DNA of 64,000 nt from Pirellulales bacterium (GTDB taxonomy: Bacteria > Planctomycetota > Planctomycetia > Pirellulales > DATAWG01). Shown piece after piece: positions 33,186 through 43,261 of this stretch. Where the stretch lies: NCBI GenBank assembly GCA_963738955.1, contig CAVTYW010000019.1, positions 189,207-253,206 on the forward strand. Direction: 5' to 3'. Below the pieces are notes generated by a model, which saw nothing but the letters and a program-made list of their open reading frames with translations, was not told where the DNA came from and did not search any database. Within the stretch, counting starts at the first letter, position 1. Each line of letters opens with the position of its first letter. The position numbers were made by a program, and so were the translations under genes.

Positions 33186-33491
33186 ATGCCGCTTGCGATC
33201 GATCCGAATTCCGATCCGACTGCTCCCGAACTGCTTGGCTCGCCGCCCCAGGTGCTGGCAGTTGACGAGGAGCTCGACGATGATGAAGAGATCGAGGAGG
33301 ATCTAGACACCGAGGACGAAGAAGAGGACGATGAATTCGACGAGGAAGACTTTGACGACGACTTCGACGATGACTTCGAGGAAGACCTCGACGACTCGGA
33401 GGGAGACTCCGACGATGATGACGACGCTGCGGACGATGACGGCGAAGGCGACGAACCCGATTTGGACGAGGATTTCGACGATAGCGTATAA
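33186..33491 (+). CDS. Small extremely acidic protein
   Basis: 101 aa, C-terminal two-thirds almost all Asp/Glu with periodic Phe (DFDDDFDDDFEED). Confidence 0.75.
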   Translation: MPLAIDPNSDPTAPELLGSPPQVLAVDEELDDDEEIEEDLDTEDEEEDDEFDEEDFDDDFDDDFEEDLDDSEGDSDDDDDAADDDGEGDEPDLDEDFDDSV

Positions 33492-33591
33492 TCTGTAAGA
33501 TGACGGCCGTGCGGAAGACGATGCTTGGAAGAGAGTGGCTTTCGACGGCGGACATGAATCGAAGCAACCTTGAACTGACCCACCAACTGCC

Positions 33592-34029
33592 ATGTCCAGT
33601 TCCGACAAATCTCCGTTAGACTCGAAACCGGTTCGCCCGGCCGGCGATGCCGTCCGGTGGTTCGGCGACCTCGGCCTGGTCGACTTGCAAATCGATCTGT
33701 ACGAGAGAATTCTGGCTCGGAACCCGAACTACATCTTGGTGCTGAGAGCCTTGGGCGAATTGCTGGCTCTCAAGGGGCGATACGACCGGTCGCTAGAAAT
33801 CGATCGCCGGCTGGTCAACCTCGTGCCGCACGATTGCGTGGCTCGCTACAATCTCGCCTGCGCCTTGGCCGTGCAAGGTTCGCCGCGGCAGGCCATCGAG
33901 GAATTGGGCGTCGCCATGGAATATGGCTACGACGACTTCGGCCATCTCGAAATCGACCCCGATCTTGATAGCATCCGGCATCTGCCGGCGTATCAGGCGC
34001 TGTTGCGGCAGCACGGGATCGATAGCTAG
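33592..34029 (+). CDS. TPR protein
   Basis: ARYNLACALA...GYDDFGHLEIDPDLDSIR. Confidence 0.85.
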   Translation: MSSSDKSPLDSKPVRPAGDAVRWFGDLGLVDLQIDLYERILARNPNYILVLRALGELLALKGRYDRSLEIDRRLVNLVPHDCVARYNLACALAVQGSPRQAIEELGVAMEYGYDDFGHLEIDPDLDSIRHLPAYQALLRQHGIDS

Positions 34030-34031
34030 GC

Positions 34032-34433
34032 CTACCGCGTGCGATCCAAATAGCCCGCGCTCGATTGGAAGAACTTTCGCCGCCGACGATCGGCTGTGGC
34101 CCGTTCCGCTTGCTGCGTTTCGAGATCGGCCAGATTCGCCTGGCAATAGCGGCAGCCGATCTGATCGAGATGAAATCGGATGTAGGCGACCGTTTCGTTG
34201 GGCAAAACATTGAGCAATAGGCTTCCCAACTGTTCGCGCGTTGGACAGGTCAGCCGGTTGCGTCGCCAAATCTCTCCGAGCGAATGAACGCCCGCATCGC
34301 GCCGTGCATTGACGGCCGCTAGCCGGCCGAGCAAATCGCTGTCGCCGCGCGCCGCCTCTTCGATCGCCGCCATCCGCTCGGCCGGCAGCGCTTCGTCGAC
34401 GTAGCCTTCAAGTTCGGCATCGGAAAAAAACAT
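34032..34433 (-). CDS. Soluble zinc-finger anti-sigma-like protein
   Basis: ELEGYVDEAL..ERMAAIEE repeat; CP...HLDQIGCRYC (HxxxxxCxxC); immediately downstream of ECF sigma. Confidence 0.75.
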   Translation of the reverse strand: MFFSDAELEGYVDEALPAERMAAIEEAARGDSDLLGRLAAVNARRDAGVHSLGEIWRRNRLTCPTREQLGSLLLNVLPNETVAYIRFHLDQIGCRYCQANLADLETQQAERATADRRRRKFFQSSAGYLDRTR

Positions 34434-34462
34434 GACAATCCTGCTATGCGGCACAGCCTAAC

Positions 34463-34547
34463 CACACCAACCCGAAGCGTTAGCGAGGGAGCACGATGCG
34501 TGGGCAACAAATCTCCGTCGCCCTCGCTAACGCTTCGGGTTAGTGTG
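34463..34547. repeat. REP-like doublet, family AACCCGAAGCGTTAGCGAGGG
   Basis: Inverted arms 34463-34489 and 34521-34547; right arm supplies the ECF stop codon. Confidence 0.88.
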
Positions 34548-35165
34548 AAGCTCTGGGAACAGGTCTTCGGAAAGCCGTTGCTTGACGAGACTATTGTGCA
34601 ATCGATCGATGAAGTCGAACTTTTGATTGGCGACCACTTGCTCCGACACGCCGAGCTCCTCGGCCACTTTCTTGTTCGGCCAGCCGGCGACGAACAGCAA
34701 TTCCACGCATTGGATCTTCTGCCACTGCCCGCGCTGGCGCCAACGGTCGAGAATTTCCGCCATCGCCGTGGCCAGCGCCTCGGCTTCGATGTGCCGCCGC
34801 TGCGCGCTCTGCAAAAGGCTGCTGGCTCGCCGATCGCGGGAAGCCGGTTCGTAGGCGGCGCCGCTTGTCGTGCTGGCGGCCAGCGGCAATGCCGGCCGCC
34901 GGCCCTGACGACGCAGGTGGTCGGTCAGCTTGTGTGCGGCGATGGAAAACAAATAACCTTCGAGCGGCCGCGACACGTCGTAATTCGGCAGGCTGGTAAG
35001 CAGCCCGATCAATGTCTCTTGCACGACGTCCTCCGCGGCATCGCGTCGCCGCAATCGCGCCTCGACGTAAGCCAGCAGCCGGCCCTCGAATCGCGCAATC
35101 AATTCCTGCCAGGCTTCCGGCTGCCCGGCCCGAATGCGGTCGATGAGGATGGCGTCGGAGGACAT
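34527..35165 (-). CDS. ECF sigma-70 factor
   Basis: AWQELIARF, AAEDVVQET, YLFSIAAHKLTDHLRR, region 4 NKKVAEELGVSEQVV. Confidence 0.92.
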   Translation of the reverse strand: MSSDAILIDRIRAGQPEAWQELIARFEGRLLAYVEARLRRRDAAEDVVQETLIGLLTSLPNYDVSRPLEGYLFSIAAHKLTDHLRRQGRRPALPLAASTTSGAAYEPASRDRRASSLLQSAQRRHIEAEALATAMAEILDRWRQRGQWQKIQCVELLFVAGWPNKKVAEELGVSEQVVANQKFDFIDRLHNSLVKQRLSEDLFPELHTNPKR

Positions 35166-35213
35166 TGGGGGAAGGCAACAGGCTGAAGGCTATAGGCTAC
35201 AGGAGCGACGGTT

Positions 35214-35897
35214 CTACCGCGTGGTTGGTTTCCATCGTAGCAGCAAATAGACGCCGCCGAGGGCCAGGAAACAGGTTCCAACCACACGCGCGGTGACGAA
35301 AAGTCGTTGGAAAACGACCAGCGCTCGCCATTGCTCCGCGATCGCCGCTCGGACCTGGCTGCCGAATTCGAGCAGCACGTGCTCTTGCTGCATCGGACCG
35401 AAAGAGGTGCTGACCTTCTCCGTGTATTGTTGCGCAATCAAGTGATCCTTGATGACTTCGCGGTCCAATTTGATCGGTTGATCGACGGCCGGTTGGAATT
35501 CCTTCTCGGCGTAATCGGTGACGGCCCGATCGATTTCGGAGGGCAGCGCCTGGTTGCATTCGTCGATCGTGGGGTATGGGCCGGCAGTTGCCGTGGCGAC
35601 GTATACTCCTTCGCGAAGTTCCAAGTGCGCCGGACGATCGACCCACGAAGGCCGCGCCGAATTGCCGTCGCTGCTCGACAGCGGCGGATTTGGCGGAGGA
35701 ACTTCTTCGGCTGGCACCATCTTGACAGTGTGCGTTTCCGTGGCCGTCCAATTATGCGGCTGCCGCTGCGAACTGTTGGTCAACCAATTCAACTGGCTGC
35801 TCTCCATTGCGCGGTAAAAGAAGATGGCAGCGCCGGCGAGCAACAGGAATCCGAATAGCGATCGGACCGGCTGCATGATGCAGAAATGATGTACCAT
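35214..35897 (-). CDS. Hypothetical protein with N- and C-terminal TM helices
   Basis: Two terminal hydrophobic segments; between kinase and ECF in an operon-like run. Confidence 0.75.
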   Translation of the reverse strand: MVHHFCIMQPVRSLFGFLLLAGAAIFFYRAMESSQLNWLTNSSQRQPHNWTATETHTVKMVPAEEVPPPNPPLSSSDGNSARPSWVDRPAHLELREGVYVATATAGPYPTIDECNQALPSEIDRAVTDYAEKEFQPAVDQPIKLDREVIKDHLIAQQYTEKVSTSFGPMQQEHVLLEFGSQVRAAIAEQWRALVVFQRLFVTARVVGTCFLALGGVYLLLRWKPTTR

Positions 35898-35915
35898 GAT
35901 TCGCCTTCCTGATCG

Positions 35916-37985
35916 TCAGGCTTTCTTTGTCTGCCAAGGACTGGCCAACTGCACGGCGATCGACACGGTCGCCGCGAACATCAATCCCCAGGGCTGCGGG
36001 AACGGCGAGATGCAATTCACCAGCGCCGCCCAAAACAACGTGACCACCACCGACCAAATGCTCAATCGCGTCGATCGACGCAAATAAGCCTGCCGCCACC
36101 AGCGCGGCACCAGCCACAACAGCCCAAAATAGGCCAGGAACGCAAACACCAACGGCGCGCCGTCCGGGCCGTAAAAACCGTGCCGGAGGCGGGCAGCAAT
36201 GATGCCATGAGCCAGTTGGTCGTGGAAATCGTAGGGCAATTGGACCAATAGCCATGTGTACAACCCATACGCTGCGAACCCCACGCCCAGCCCCAGCACC
36301 AACATCACGAATCGCCGCAGCGCTGCGTCGGCCGGGCGGTATTCCCAAATCTTCGCCGGAATCATGATGCTCCAAGCTCCCGCGATCGCCGACAACGCCA
36401 GCCACGCATATTGATTCACCTCGACCGGGCTGCCGCTGAGCGCGCTCACGCGATACAGCACGGCCACCAGCGACACGACCAGCACCACGATCGCCGACAG
36501 CAGCATCGAGCCGATCAAATCCGCCAGCCGCGCGCGGAGGCTGAGCGCAACCGGCGCCGCAGGCGGCGGGCCTTCGCGCGAGCGCCGCCACGTCGGGCTT
36601 TCATACCGAGCCGGATTCGGGCGATAGCCATTCGGCGCCGCGCCGGCTGGCGCAGGCTGTGCCGCCGCCACCGGGGCGTTCCGAGCCGTCGTTTTCCGGC
36701 GCTGCGCCGTCGACCAGATGACGCGATACACCAGGTACAAAATTGCAAGCCAGGCAATCGCCGGCATCCAAGACGCATTGGTGTCCAACACCACTTGTCC
36801 GAAGCCAAACAACGAGGCAAGCAGAATCGCCAGACGCTGCCACGCGGGCAAATTGGCCCTTCGCCACCAACCGTGCAAATCGCTCCAAGCCTCGCGGACC
36901 AATCGGGCCAGTGGCTCTTCGACACGATCCGCCACTGCTGGCGCCGCCGCCTCGGCGAGCGGAATGGATGCCGCCGCCGCAGTTGGCGCCGGGCGACTTC
37001 CATTAGCAGCCGGCGCAGCGACCGCTCCGACCGCGGCGGCAATCGGCACATGCCCATTTTGCACATCGGGCACGATCCGCGGTTGAATCGTTTCGCGCGC
37101 CAGCGGCGGCGGCAATGGCACCGGCCCCAGCGAAGCCAACGTCGCATGCAACTGCCGCGGCAACAGCGACATGAATTCGACCACCGTATGCGGCCGAGCG
37201 TCGGGATCCTTTGCGAGTGCTCGCGCGATGGCCGTTCGATAGGGCTCGGCGATCAGCGTCAGATCGGGCTGCGCCGTGAGATGCTTCATCAACACCTCGC
37301 CGAGACTTTCGCCCTCGAACGGCACCCGGCCGGTGATCATCTCGTAGAGCATGATGCCCAGAGCATAGATATCGATCTCTTTTCCATAACGGCCATTGGC
37401 CACTTCGGGCGCCATGTAATGCACGGTGCCGACGCTGCCGGTCTGTCCGCTGCGCCGGCTGCATGAAATGAATTTCGACAGCCCGTAGTCGCCGACTTTC
37501 ACGACCCCTTCGTCGCAAAAGATATTGCCCGGCTTCAGATCGCGGTGAATGATTCCATGATGGTGCAAATATCCGACCCCAGCAGCGATGCCTTGCATCC
37601 AGAACATGGCATCGTCGATCGGCATTCCGTTGGGGTGCTGCTGAATGACCCGTTCCAGCGAATCGCCGGCGACATATTCCATCACGACCCAACTCTCGTC
37701 GTGATCGTCTTGCCGGATGTCGAACAGGCTGAGCAGATTCGGATGCTTGATGTTCAAGCACTGGGTGACGCCGCGCAGCTCGATTTCCAGATTCCGGCAA
37801 ACGAGCTTGAGCGCGACTTCCTTGCCGCCGTCGCTCAGCGCGTAATAGACTTCGCCGAACCCGCCACGGCCGATGCCGCGCTTGATCGTGTAGCCGTCCA
37901 ATGGCCGATCACCGCTGGCATATGCAAAGCGAACCCCAGCGCCTGCCGGCGGAGCTTCGAGCGGCTGTGTCGCATGGAGGTTCAT
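35916..37985 (-). CDS. Hanks-type Ser/Thr kinase with multi-TM C-terminus
   Basis: GRGGFGEVY, VALK, HRDLKPGN, DYG, GTVHYMAPE; about 8 TM segments. Confidence 0.95.
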   Translation of the reverse strand: MNLHATQPLEAPPAGAGVRFAYASGDRPLDGYTIKRGIGRGGFGEVYYALSDGGKEVALKLVCRNLEIELRGVTQCLNIKHPNLLSLFDIRQDDHDESWVVMEYVAGDSLERVIQQHPNGMPIDDAMFWMQGIAAGVGYLHHHGIIHRDLKPGNIFCDEGVVKVGDYGLSKFISCSRRSGQTGSVGTVHYMAPEVANGRYGKEIDIYALGIMLYEMITGRVPFEGESLGEVLMKHLTAQPDLTLIAEPYRTAIARALAKDPDARPHTVVEFMSLLPRQLHATLASLGPVPLPPPLARETIQPRIVPDVQNGHVPIAAAVGAVAAPAANGSRPAPTAAAASIPLAEAAAPAVADRVEEPLARLVREAWSDLHGWWRRANLPAWQRLAILLASLFGFGQVVLDTNASWMPAIAWLAILYLVYRVIWSTAQRRKTTARNAPVAAAQPAPAGAAPNGYRPNPARYESPTWRRSREGPPPAAPVALSLRARLADLIGSMLLSAIVVLVVSLVAVLYRVSALSGSPVEVNQYAWLALSAIAGAWSIMIPAKIWEYRPADAALRRFVMLVLGLGVGFAAYGLYTWLLVQLPYDFHDQLAHGIIAARLRHGFYGPDGAPLVFAFLAYFGLLWLVPRWWRQAYLRRSTRLSIWSVVVTLFWAALVNCISPFPQPWGLMFAATVSIAVQLASPWQTKKA

Positions 37986-38074
37986 CGTCGTAGCCTTCGC
38001 GACTCATCATACCATAAACGAGCGATGCAACGTCTTTTCCCAGCCCCTAGGCCCCAGTCCTAGCCCCACCCGCG

Positions 38075-38935
38075 TCACACCGCCTCGAGCGTAAACGAAA
38101 AGTTTTCACCGACAACTCGCGAGCCTGGCTTAACTGGGCCGCGGCGCGAATGGAGTTTACCGTCGATCTCCAAATTGCCCGGTGCGCTGCACGCCAATCC
38201 GTTCCCCTGCCGGTACAATACGACCTGTCCCTCCAGATCCGGCATCGTCACATGGCTCGCCGGATCGCGCGACAGGATGCATGTGTCGGCCATCAGCAGC
38301 ACGCCATCGGTCGCCGGGTGCGTCCGGTGAAGACTGACCGGCTCGAGCCGCGCCGTCGCGCTGAGCGGATGAGGCCGGCGAAACCGCAGCCGCACGCCGC
38401 CGAGTTCGATCACGCGCCCGTCGTCGAGCGTCGTCGGCTGGCCCACCGCGCAGCCATCGAGCCGTGTCTCGCGCAGCGGTTCGACCCAATACCCTTCGGC
38501 ATCGCGTCGGATGACCGCATGACGGCGGGAAAGATCGCCGAGGATCGGCACATCAATCCTTTCGTTCGAAATTTTTTCGTCGGCATTCATATCATCGCCC
38601 ACCAAATGTCCCGGCGAAGATTGTCCCACCACCACCCGATCCGCCATGCAAACCAAAAACCCGCCAACCGCATCCACCCACAACATAAACCGCTCACTCC
38701 CGTTCGCCACAGCCGTATGCTGCCGCTTCATCCCTGGCCCCTCGTCCCTCGCCCCTCGTCCCTTCTCCACGTCTTTTTCCTTTCGCCCAACGATCGGCAG
38801 CAATCGCCGCCGCCAGTCGGATTTTTGGACCGGCCCCGAGCCACGAAGCTGTTCGACGACCGCTTGAACCTCGCTCCACTGTCCGAGCCGCAACGCCCTC
38901 TGCAACCTCTCAACAAGCCGGCGACGATCGTACAT
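38075..38935 (-). CDS. FHA-domain protein
   Basis: VVVGQ...ILGDLSRRHAVIRRD..GYWVEP; second FHA-like beta region. Confidence 0.8.
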   Translation of the reverse strand: MYDRRRLVERLQRALRLGQWSEVQAVVEQLRGSGPVQKSDWRRRLLPIVGRKEKDVEKGRGARDEGPGMKRQHTAVANGSERFMLWVDAVGGFLVCMADRVVVGQSSPGHLVGDDMNADEKISNERIDVPILGDLSRRHAVIRRDAEGYWVEPLRETRLDGCAVGQPTTLDDGRVIELGGVRLRFRRPHPLSATARLEPVSLHRTHPATDGVLLMADTCILSRDPASHVTMPDLEGQVVLYRQGNGLACSAPGNLEIDGKLHSRRGPVKPGSRVVGENFSFTLEAV

Positions 38936-38998
38936 TGTAGTATAAAGGCTTGAGACGACCGGCTACAGGCTTGAGGATCTGGTGCCACGCGTGCGGTC

Positions 38999-39074
38999 GG
39001 GGTCTGGCTCATTTTTCGGCCCCGCGGCGGCCCGAACCGCAGCAGGACCCACGCCGAAAAATGTGCCCGACCCC
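38999..39074. repeat. MITE-like inverted repeat element
   Basis: GGGGTCTGGCTCATTTTTCGGC...GCCGAAAAATGTGCCCGACCCC. Confidence 0.65.
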
Positions 39075-39086
39075 TTTGTCCGCCGC

Positions 39087-39899
39087 CTACTTCTCCGTCG
39101 TTTGCGTCGTGTCGGCTTTGGCAACCTTCCCTTGATCGGCCGAGAAATACTGGCCCACTTGTTCGACGATATTCGCCGGGGTGGGTTGATCCAATGGGAT
39201 CTCGTCGCGCAGGCTGGTGTCGGCATTGACTATCTTTTCGGCGACTTGCAGCCGGGTCCGCAGGTCGGTGACGAGCTCCTTCACGCGGCCCAATTGGCTG
39301 TCGTCAAACTGATAGTTGCTCGTTGTTTGAGCGACCTCGACCATCTTGTTGCGTGCCTCGAGGTTTTCGACATCGACTTCCAACTGCCGCTTGGCCGCCA
39401 GCATCCCTTCCAACTTCTGCCGGGCAGCATCCAAGCTCTTCTGCCGTGCCGAATTCATTCCGCGCAGGCTGACGAGCGTCGCCTCGGACGTCTTGAACCG
39501 CTCGAAGCGATTCGCCAGATCGGTTTTCACCTGGTCGAGCGTGTAGGTCCGGCCGGCGTAGGTGAAATGATCTTGCGCGCTGGAGGCATCGGCTTTGAGC
39601 CGCATCAATTCGGCCCGCTCCTTAGCCAGCCGCTGCTCCGACGTCGCGATTTGCTGCGTCAATTGATCGACTTCGACTTCTTCCTTGGCGATGACGTGCA
39701 TGTTCCGCTGAATGTCGGGCACGAGGTCTTTGACCATCTTGCGAGCCCGATCGATCTGGAATTCAACCGGCACGCTTTGCTCGACCGAGTCGGTCAGCCG
39801 GGCCCAGGATGTGGAAACATAGCTGGCGGCACTGCGGCCGAAGAAAAACGTGCCCAACAACCCCAGCCCCACGGTCGAGAAAACAATCCGCTTGATCAT
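39087..39899 (-). CDS. N-terminally anchored coiled-coil protein, PspA/IM30-like
   Basis: Hydrophobic N-terminus; VPVEFQIDRARKMV followed by a long helical hairpin, ENLEARNKMVEVA. Confidence 0.6.
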   Translation of the reverse strand: MIKRIVFSTVGLGLLGTFFFGRSAASYVSTSWARLTDSVEQSVPVEFQIDRARKMVKDLVPDIQRNMHVIAKEEVEVDQLTQQIATSEQRLAKERAELMRLKADASSAQDHFTYAGRTYTLDQVKTDLANRFERFKTSEATLVSLRGMNSARQKSLDAARQKLEGMLAAKRQLEVDVENLEARNKMVEVAQTTSNYQFDDSQLGRVKELVTDLRTRLQVAEKIVNADTSLRDEIPLDQPTPANIVEQVGQYFSADQGKVAKADTTQTTEK

Positions 39900-40046
39900 G
39901 GACGTGACCCTCCTATTCAAAGACGCTCGGCGAACGAAAATGGTTTTGCAGGCCGGCGGCCAACGCCGCATATCAGCCTGCCATAGCCTTCATTCGCCGC
40001 TTGAACAAGAATCTTTGGGTCGCGGAGAAGATTTTCTAAACTTTTT

Positions 40047-41471
40047 TCAGTCATACTCCATCGGATCGCGCATCAGCAGCGGTTGCGGCTGTTTGACCAT
40101 GCCGCTGGCGCGAACGCCGGGGCCCCGGCCGGTGATGCCCAGGTCGCCGTCCATTTGCTGGATGTGCCCCTGGAGTCGCCTCACGATTTCCGGATGCTGG
40201 GCTGCCACATCGGTTTTCTCGCCGATGTCGGTATCCAAATTGAAAAGAATCGGAACGAAGGGTTTGGTCGTGGGTTTTGGTTCCTTGTCGATGCCATGCT
40301 CGATCTGCTGCGAAATCGCCAATTTCCAAGGGCCCGAGCGAACTGCTTCCAGCCGATTGCCCGAGAAATAGAACAGCGCTTCGTGCGGCGATTTTTTGCT
40401 TTCGCCGGCCAATAGCGGCCAGATGTCTTTGCCGTCGATCGTTCTTTCGCTGGGAACGGTTCCGCCGGCGAGTTTCACGATTGTCGGCAGCACATCCATT
40501 TCGCTCATCACCGCGTCGCAAACCGCGCCGGCTGGAATCTTACCGGGCCAGCGGGCGATCGTCGGCTCGCGCATGCCCCCTTCCCAAGTCGACGACTTGC
40601 CGCCGCGCAACGGTCCGGCCACGCCGCCGTCTTTTCCCTGGCTGCGCCACGGGCCGTTGTCGCTCGAAAAAAGCACCAGCGTCCGCGAATCGAGCTTCAA
40701 GTCGCGCAGCGTGTCGAGCACCCGACCGGCGCTCCAATCGACTTCCTCGACCCAATCGCCGTATCGACCGTTTGCCGACTTCCCTTGAAACGCCTTGCCG
40801 GGATGAATCGGCACATGGACGGCCGTATGGGGTAAATAGAGAAAAAATGGATGCGATTGGTTCGCCGTGATGAACTTGATCGCCTCGTTGGTATACAGCT
40901 CGACGAGTTTGTTCTGCTCGACCGGCGCTTCGATCACTCGCTTGTCGCGCAGCAGCGGCAACGGCGGCGCGCCGCTCTTGTTCTTGCCATTGCCGCCCAT
41001 ATCGTTCGAATACGGCAGACCGAGATAATGGTCGAAGCCATGCTGTGTCGGCAGGAACTCGGGCTGGTCGCCCAAGTGCCATTTGCCGATGCACATCGTG
41101 GCGTAGCCCTGTGCCTTGAGCAATTCCGCCACCGTCCGCTCGGAGGAACTGATCCCGACTTTCGCCACCGGCCCGATGACATTCGGCAGCGACACGCGCT
41201 TGGCATAGCAGCCGGTCATCAACTGGGCTCGCGACGGCGTGCAAACCGGCGCGGCATAGAAGCTTGTCAGCTTCATCCCCTCGGCGGCCATGCGGTCGAG
41301 CCGCGGAGTGCGATTGAGCTTCGACCCGAACGGCCCGATGTCGCCATAGCCCATGTCGTCGATCAAAATTACGACAAAATTCGGCCGCTGCGATTCGGCC
41401 GTCGAATCGGCGGCATGAATGACAATCGGCGAGAGAACGACAGCGAAAAACAGCAGCGAAACGATTTTCAT
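40047..41471 (-). CDS. Exported arylsulfatase-family sulfatase
   Basis: RPNFVVILIDDMGYGD, CTPSRAQLMTG, GKWHLG, SSDNG. Confidence 0.96.
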   Translation of the reverse strand: MKIVSLLFFAVVLSPIVIHAADSTAESQRPNFVVILIDDMGYGDIGPFGSKLNRTPRLDRMAAEGMKLTSFYAAPVCTPSRAQLMTGCYAKRVSLPNVIGPVAKVGISSSERTVAELLKAQGYATMCIGKWHLGDQPEFLPTQHGFDHYLGLPYSNDMGGNGKNKSGAPPLPLLRDKRVIEAPVEQNKLVELYTNEAIKFITANQSHPFFLYLPHTAVHVPIHPGKAFQGKSANGRYGDWVEEVDWSAGRVLDTLRDLKLDSRTLVLFSSDNGPWRSQGKDGGVAGPLRGGKSSTWEGGMREPTIARWPGKIPAGAVCDAVMSEMDVLPTIVKLAGGTVPSERTIDGKDIWPLLAGESKKSPHEALFYFSGNRLEAVRSGPWKLAISQQIEHGIDKEPKPTTKPFVPILFNLDTDIGEKTDVAAQHPEIVRRLQGHIQQMDGDLGITGRGPGVRASGMVKQPQPLLMRDPMEYD

Positions 41472-43261
41472 CGAACAATCCCCCGAACAAAGTTCTCCAA
41501 GCGCCAACTCCCCGCACGCGCCCCATGATATGCCGCGGAAACCGGAACCGCAAACTCCATCCCCTTCTTCGGAGTCGGTTGCGCCTGTTCGGAACATCGC
41601 GCGTGGATTGATGTTGTGCGCGGCTTGAAAAGGGGCTTCCCCGCAAGTCGATCAAAATCTTGCGGGAATCGCGCGGCGAGGAATTTTTTCGTGCTTTTTT
41701 CGACCCGGCCACTGGCCATTCGGGGATATGTTGCGTAGTATCGTGCATCTCCAACGAGGCCTTCATGGAGGAGCACGCCATGCGTATCACCGCGCCCCAG
41801 CCGCTCTTTGCTTGGGAAAGTCTGGACGACTGTCCCAATCTACAAACCGTCCGTGAATTACTCGCCAGCATTCCCGATCACAAGCTGCTCGATTCGCTTC
41901 GCTCGGCTCGCGGACATGGACGCGACGATTACCCCGTTACCGTGCTGTGGGGCGTGTTGGTTTTGACCGCTGCGCTGCGGCACCCGACGATCGAGTTGTG
42001 TCTCGCCGAACTGCGACGCAACGAGGGTCTGCGACGGTTGATCGGCATCGAGTCGGAGAAGAGGGTGCCGAAGAAATGGAACATCTCGCGCTTTCAAGAC
42101 GTGCTCGGACAAGAGCCACACCGCACACTGGCGAAGGAAGCGTTCCAAGAGATGGTTCGGCGCCTCGGGACGATTGTGCCGGACTTGGGGCGCGACACGG
42201 CCGGCGACGCCACTGCCCTCAACGCCCGCCGCAAAAATGCCGAGGGCGCGGCTGCGGAAGTCGAGGAAGGATTGCCGCAAGCCACCGGAGGCCGCAAGGA
42301 GTACACCGACGACAAGGGAAACGTCACGGAAGCCTTTGAATGGTTCGGATACAAGCTCCATCTGTTGGTTGACGTGAAACACGAAGTGACGTTGTCTTAC
42401 GAGATCACCGACACGAAGGCGGGCGACGGCGAAACGCTGCCGACGCTGCTGGCCCAGGGGCAGGCCAATTTGCCGAAGGGCCGCATCCAAACGCTAGCTT
42501 ACGACAAGGCGGCCGACACCAACGACGTGCATCAACTGCTGTCCGAGGCCAAGATCAAGCCGCTGATTCAGAATCGAGCACTTTGGAAGAGCGAGCCCGA
42601 ACGGATGTTGCCCGGCCACGACGGCAACTCGAACATCGTCTATGACGAGGCCGGAACGGTGTACTGCTACGATCGGGTGAGCGAGCCGATCGTGCGTCAT
42701 CCGATGTCTTATATTGGCCACGAGCCGGCTCGCGAGACGCTGAAGTACCGTTGCCCGGCGAAGCACGAAGGCTGGGAGTGCCCGATGTCGAAGATTTGCA
42801 ACGCGGGCAAGTCGTATGGATTGACCGTCCGCGTGCCGCGTGCGATCGATCTGCGGCGATTTCCGGCGTTGCCGCGGGCGACGAAGAAATTCGAGCGGAT
42901 GTACAAGGGTCGCACGGCGGTGGAGCGGATCAACGCTCGGCTCAAGGTGTTTTGGGGCGCCGACGACGGAAACATCCGAGGAGCGCGCCGGTTTTTTGCC
43001 CAGGTGTCGGTGGTCATGCTCGTGCATGCGGCCTTCGCCACGGTGCTGGCCTCCGCTCCGCGCCGGGAAGGAACTCTTGGCAAGATGCGGCTGAGCCCGA
43101 TCGCCCGGGCGTTGCGGACCGAAACCGCGGTCTAAGCCAAGCCACCATACAAGAATCGAGACAAGCGGGCTGATCGTACGCGCTGCGGAGCCCAATTCTT
43201 CCTCCGAAGGGCCATTCCGAACAACTAAACGGCCCTCGTATCCTATACGTCGATGAAAATC
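41463..43261 (+). mobile_element. Insertion sequence (DDE); ends tentative
   Basis: Perfect 12-bp IR GATTTTCATCGA/TCGATGAAAATC flanked by AC on both sides, enclosing the transposase; alternative left boundary near 41647-41659. Confidence 0.55.
41780..43135 (+). CDS. DDE transposase (IS4/IS5/IS1182-like)
   Basis: AGDAT, WFGYKLHLLVD, YDKAAD, YKGRTAVERINARLK; GGAGGAG RBS; intact ORF. Confidence 0.92.
   Translation: MRITAPQPLFAWESLDDCPNLQTVRELLASIPDHKLLDSLRSARGHGRDDYPVTVLWGVLVLTAALRHPTIELCLAELRRNEGLRRLIGIESEKRVPKKWNISRFQDVLGQEPHRTLAKEAFQEMVRRLGTIVPDLGRDTAGDATALNARRKNAEGAAAEVEEGLPQATGGRKEYTDDKGNVTEAFEWFGYKLHLLVDVKHEVTLSYEITDTKAGDGETLPTLLAQGQANLPKGRIQTLAYDKAADTNDVHQLLSEAKIKPLIQNRALWKSEPERMLPGHDGNSNIVYDEAGTVYCYDRVSEPIVRHPMSYIGHEPARETLKYRCPAKHEGWECPMSKICNAGKSYGLTVRVPRAIDLRRFPALPRATKKFERMYKGRTAVERINARLKVFWGADDGNIRGARRFFAQVSVVMLVHAAFATVLASAPRREGTLGKMRLSPIARALRTETAV

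Noticed and set aside
33158-33586. Poly-serine ORF on the minus strand
   Set aside because: Antisense read of the GAC/GAG codons of the acidic protein
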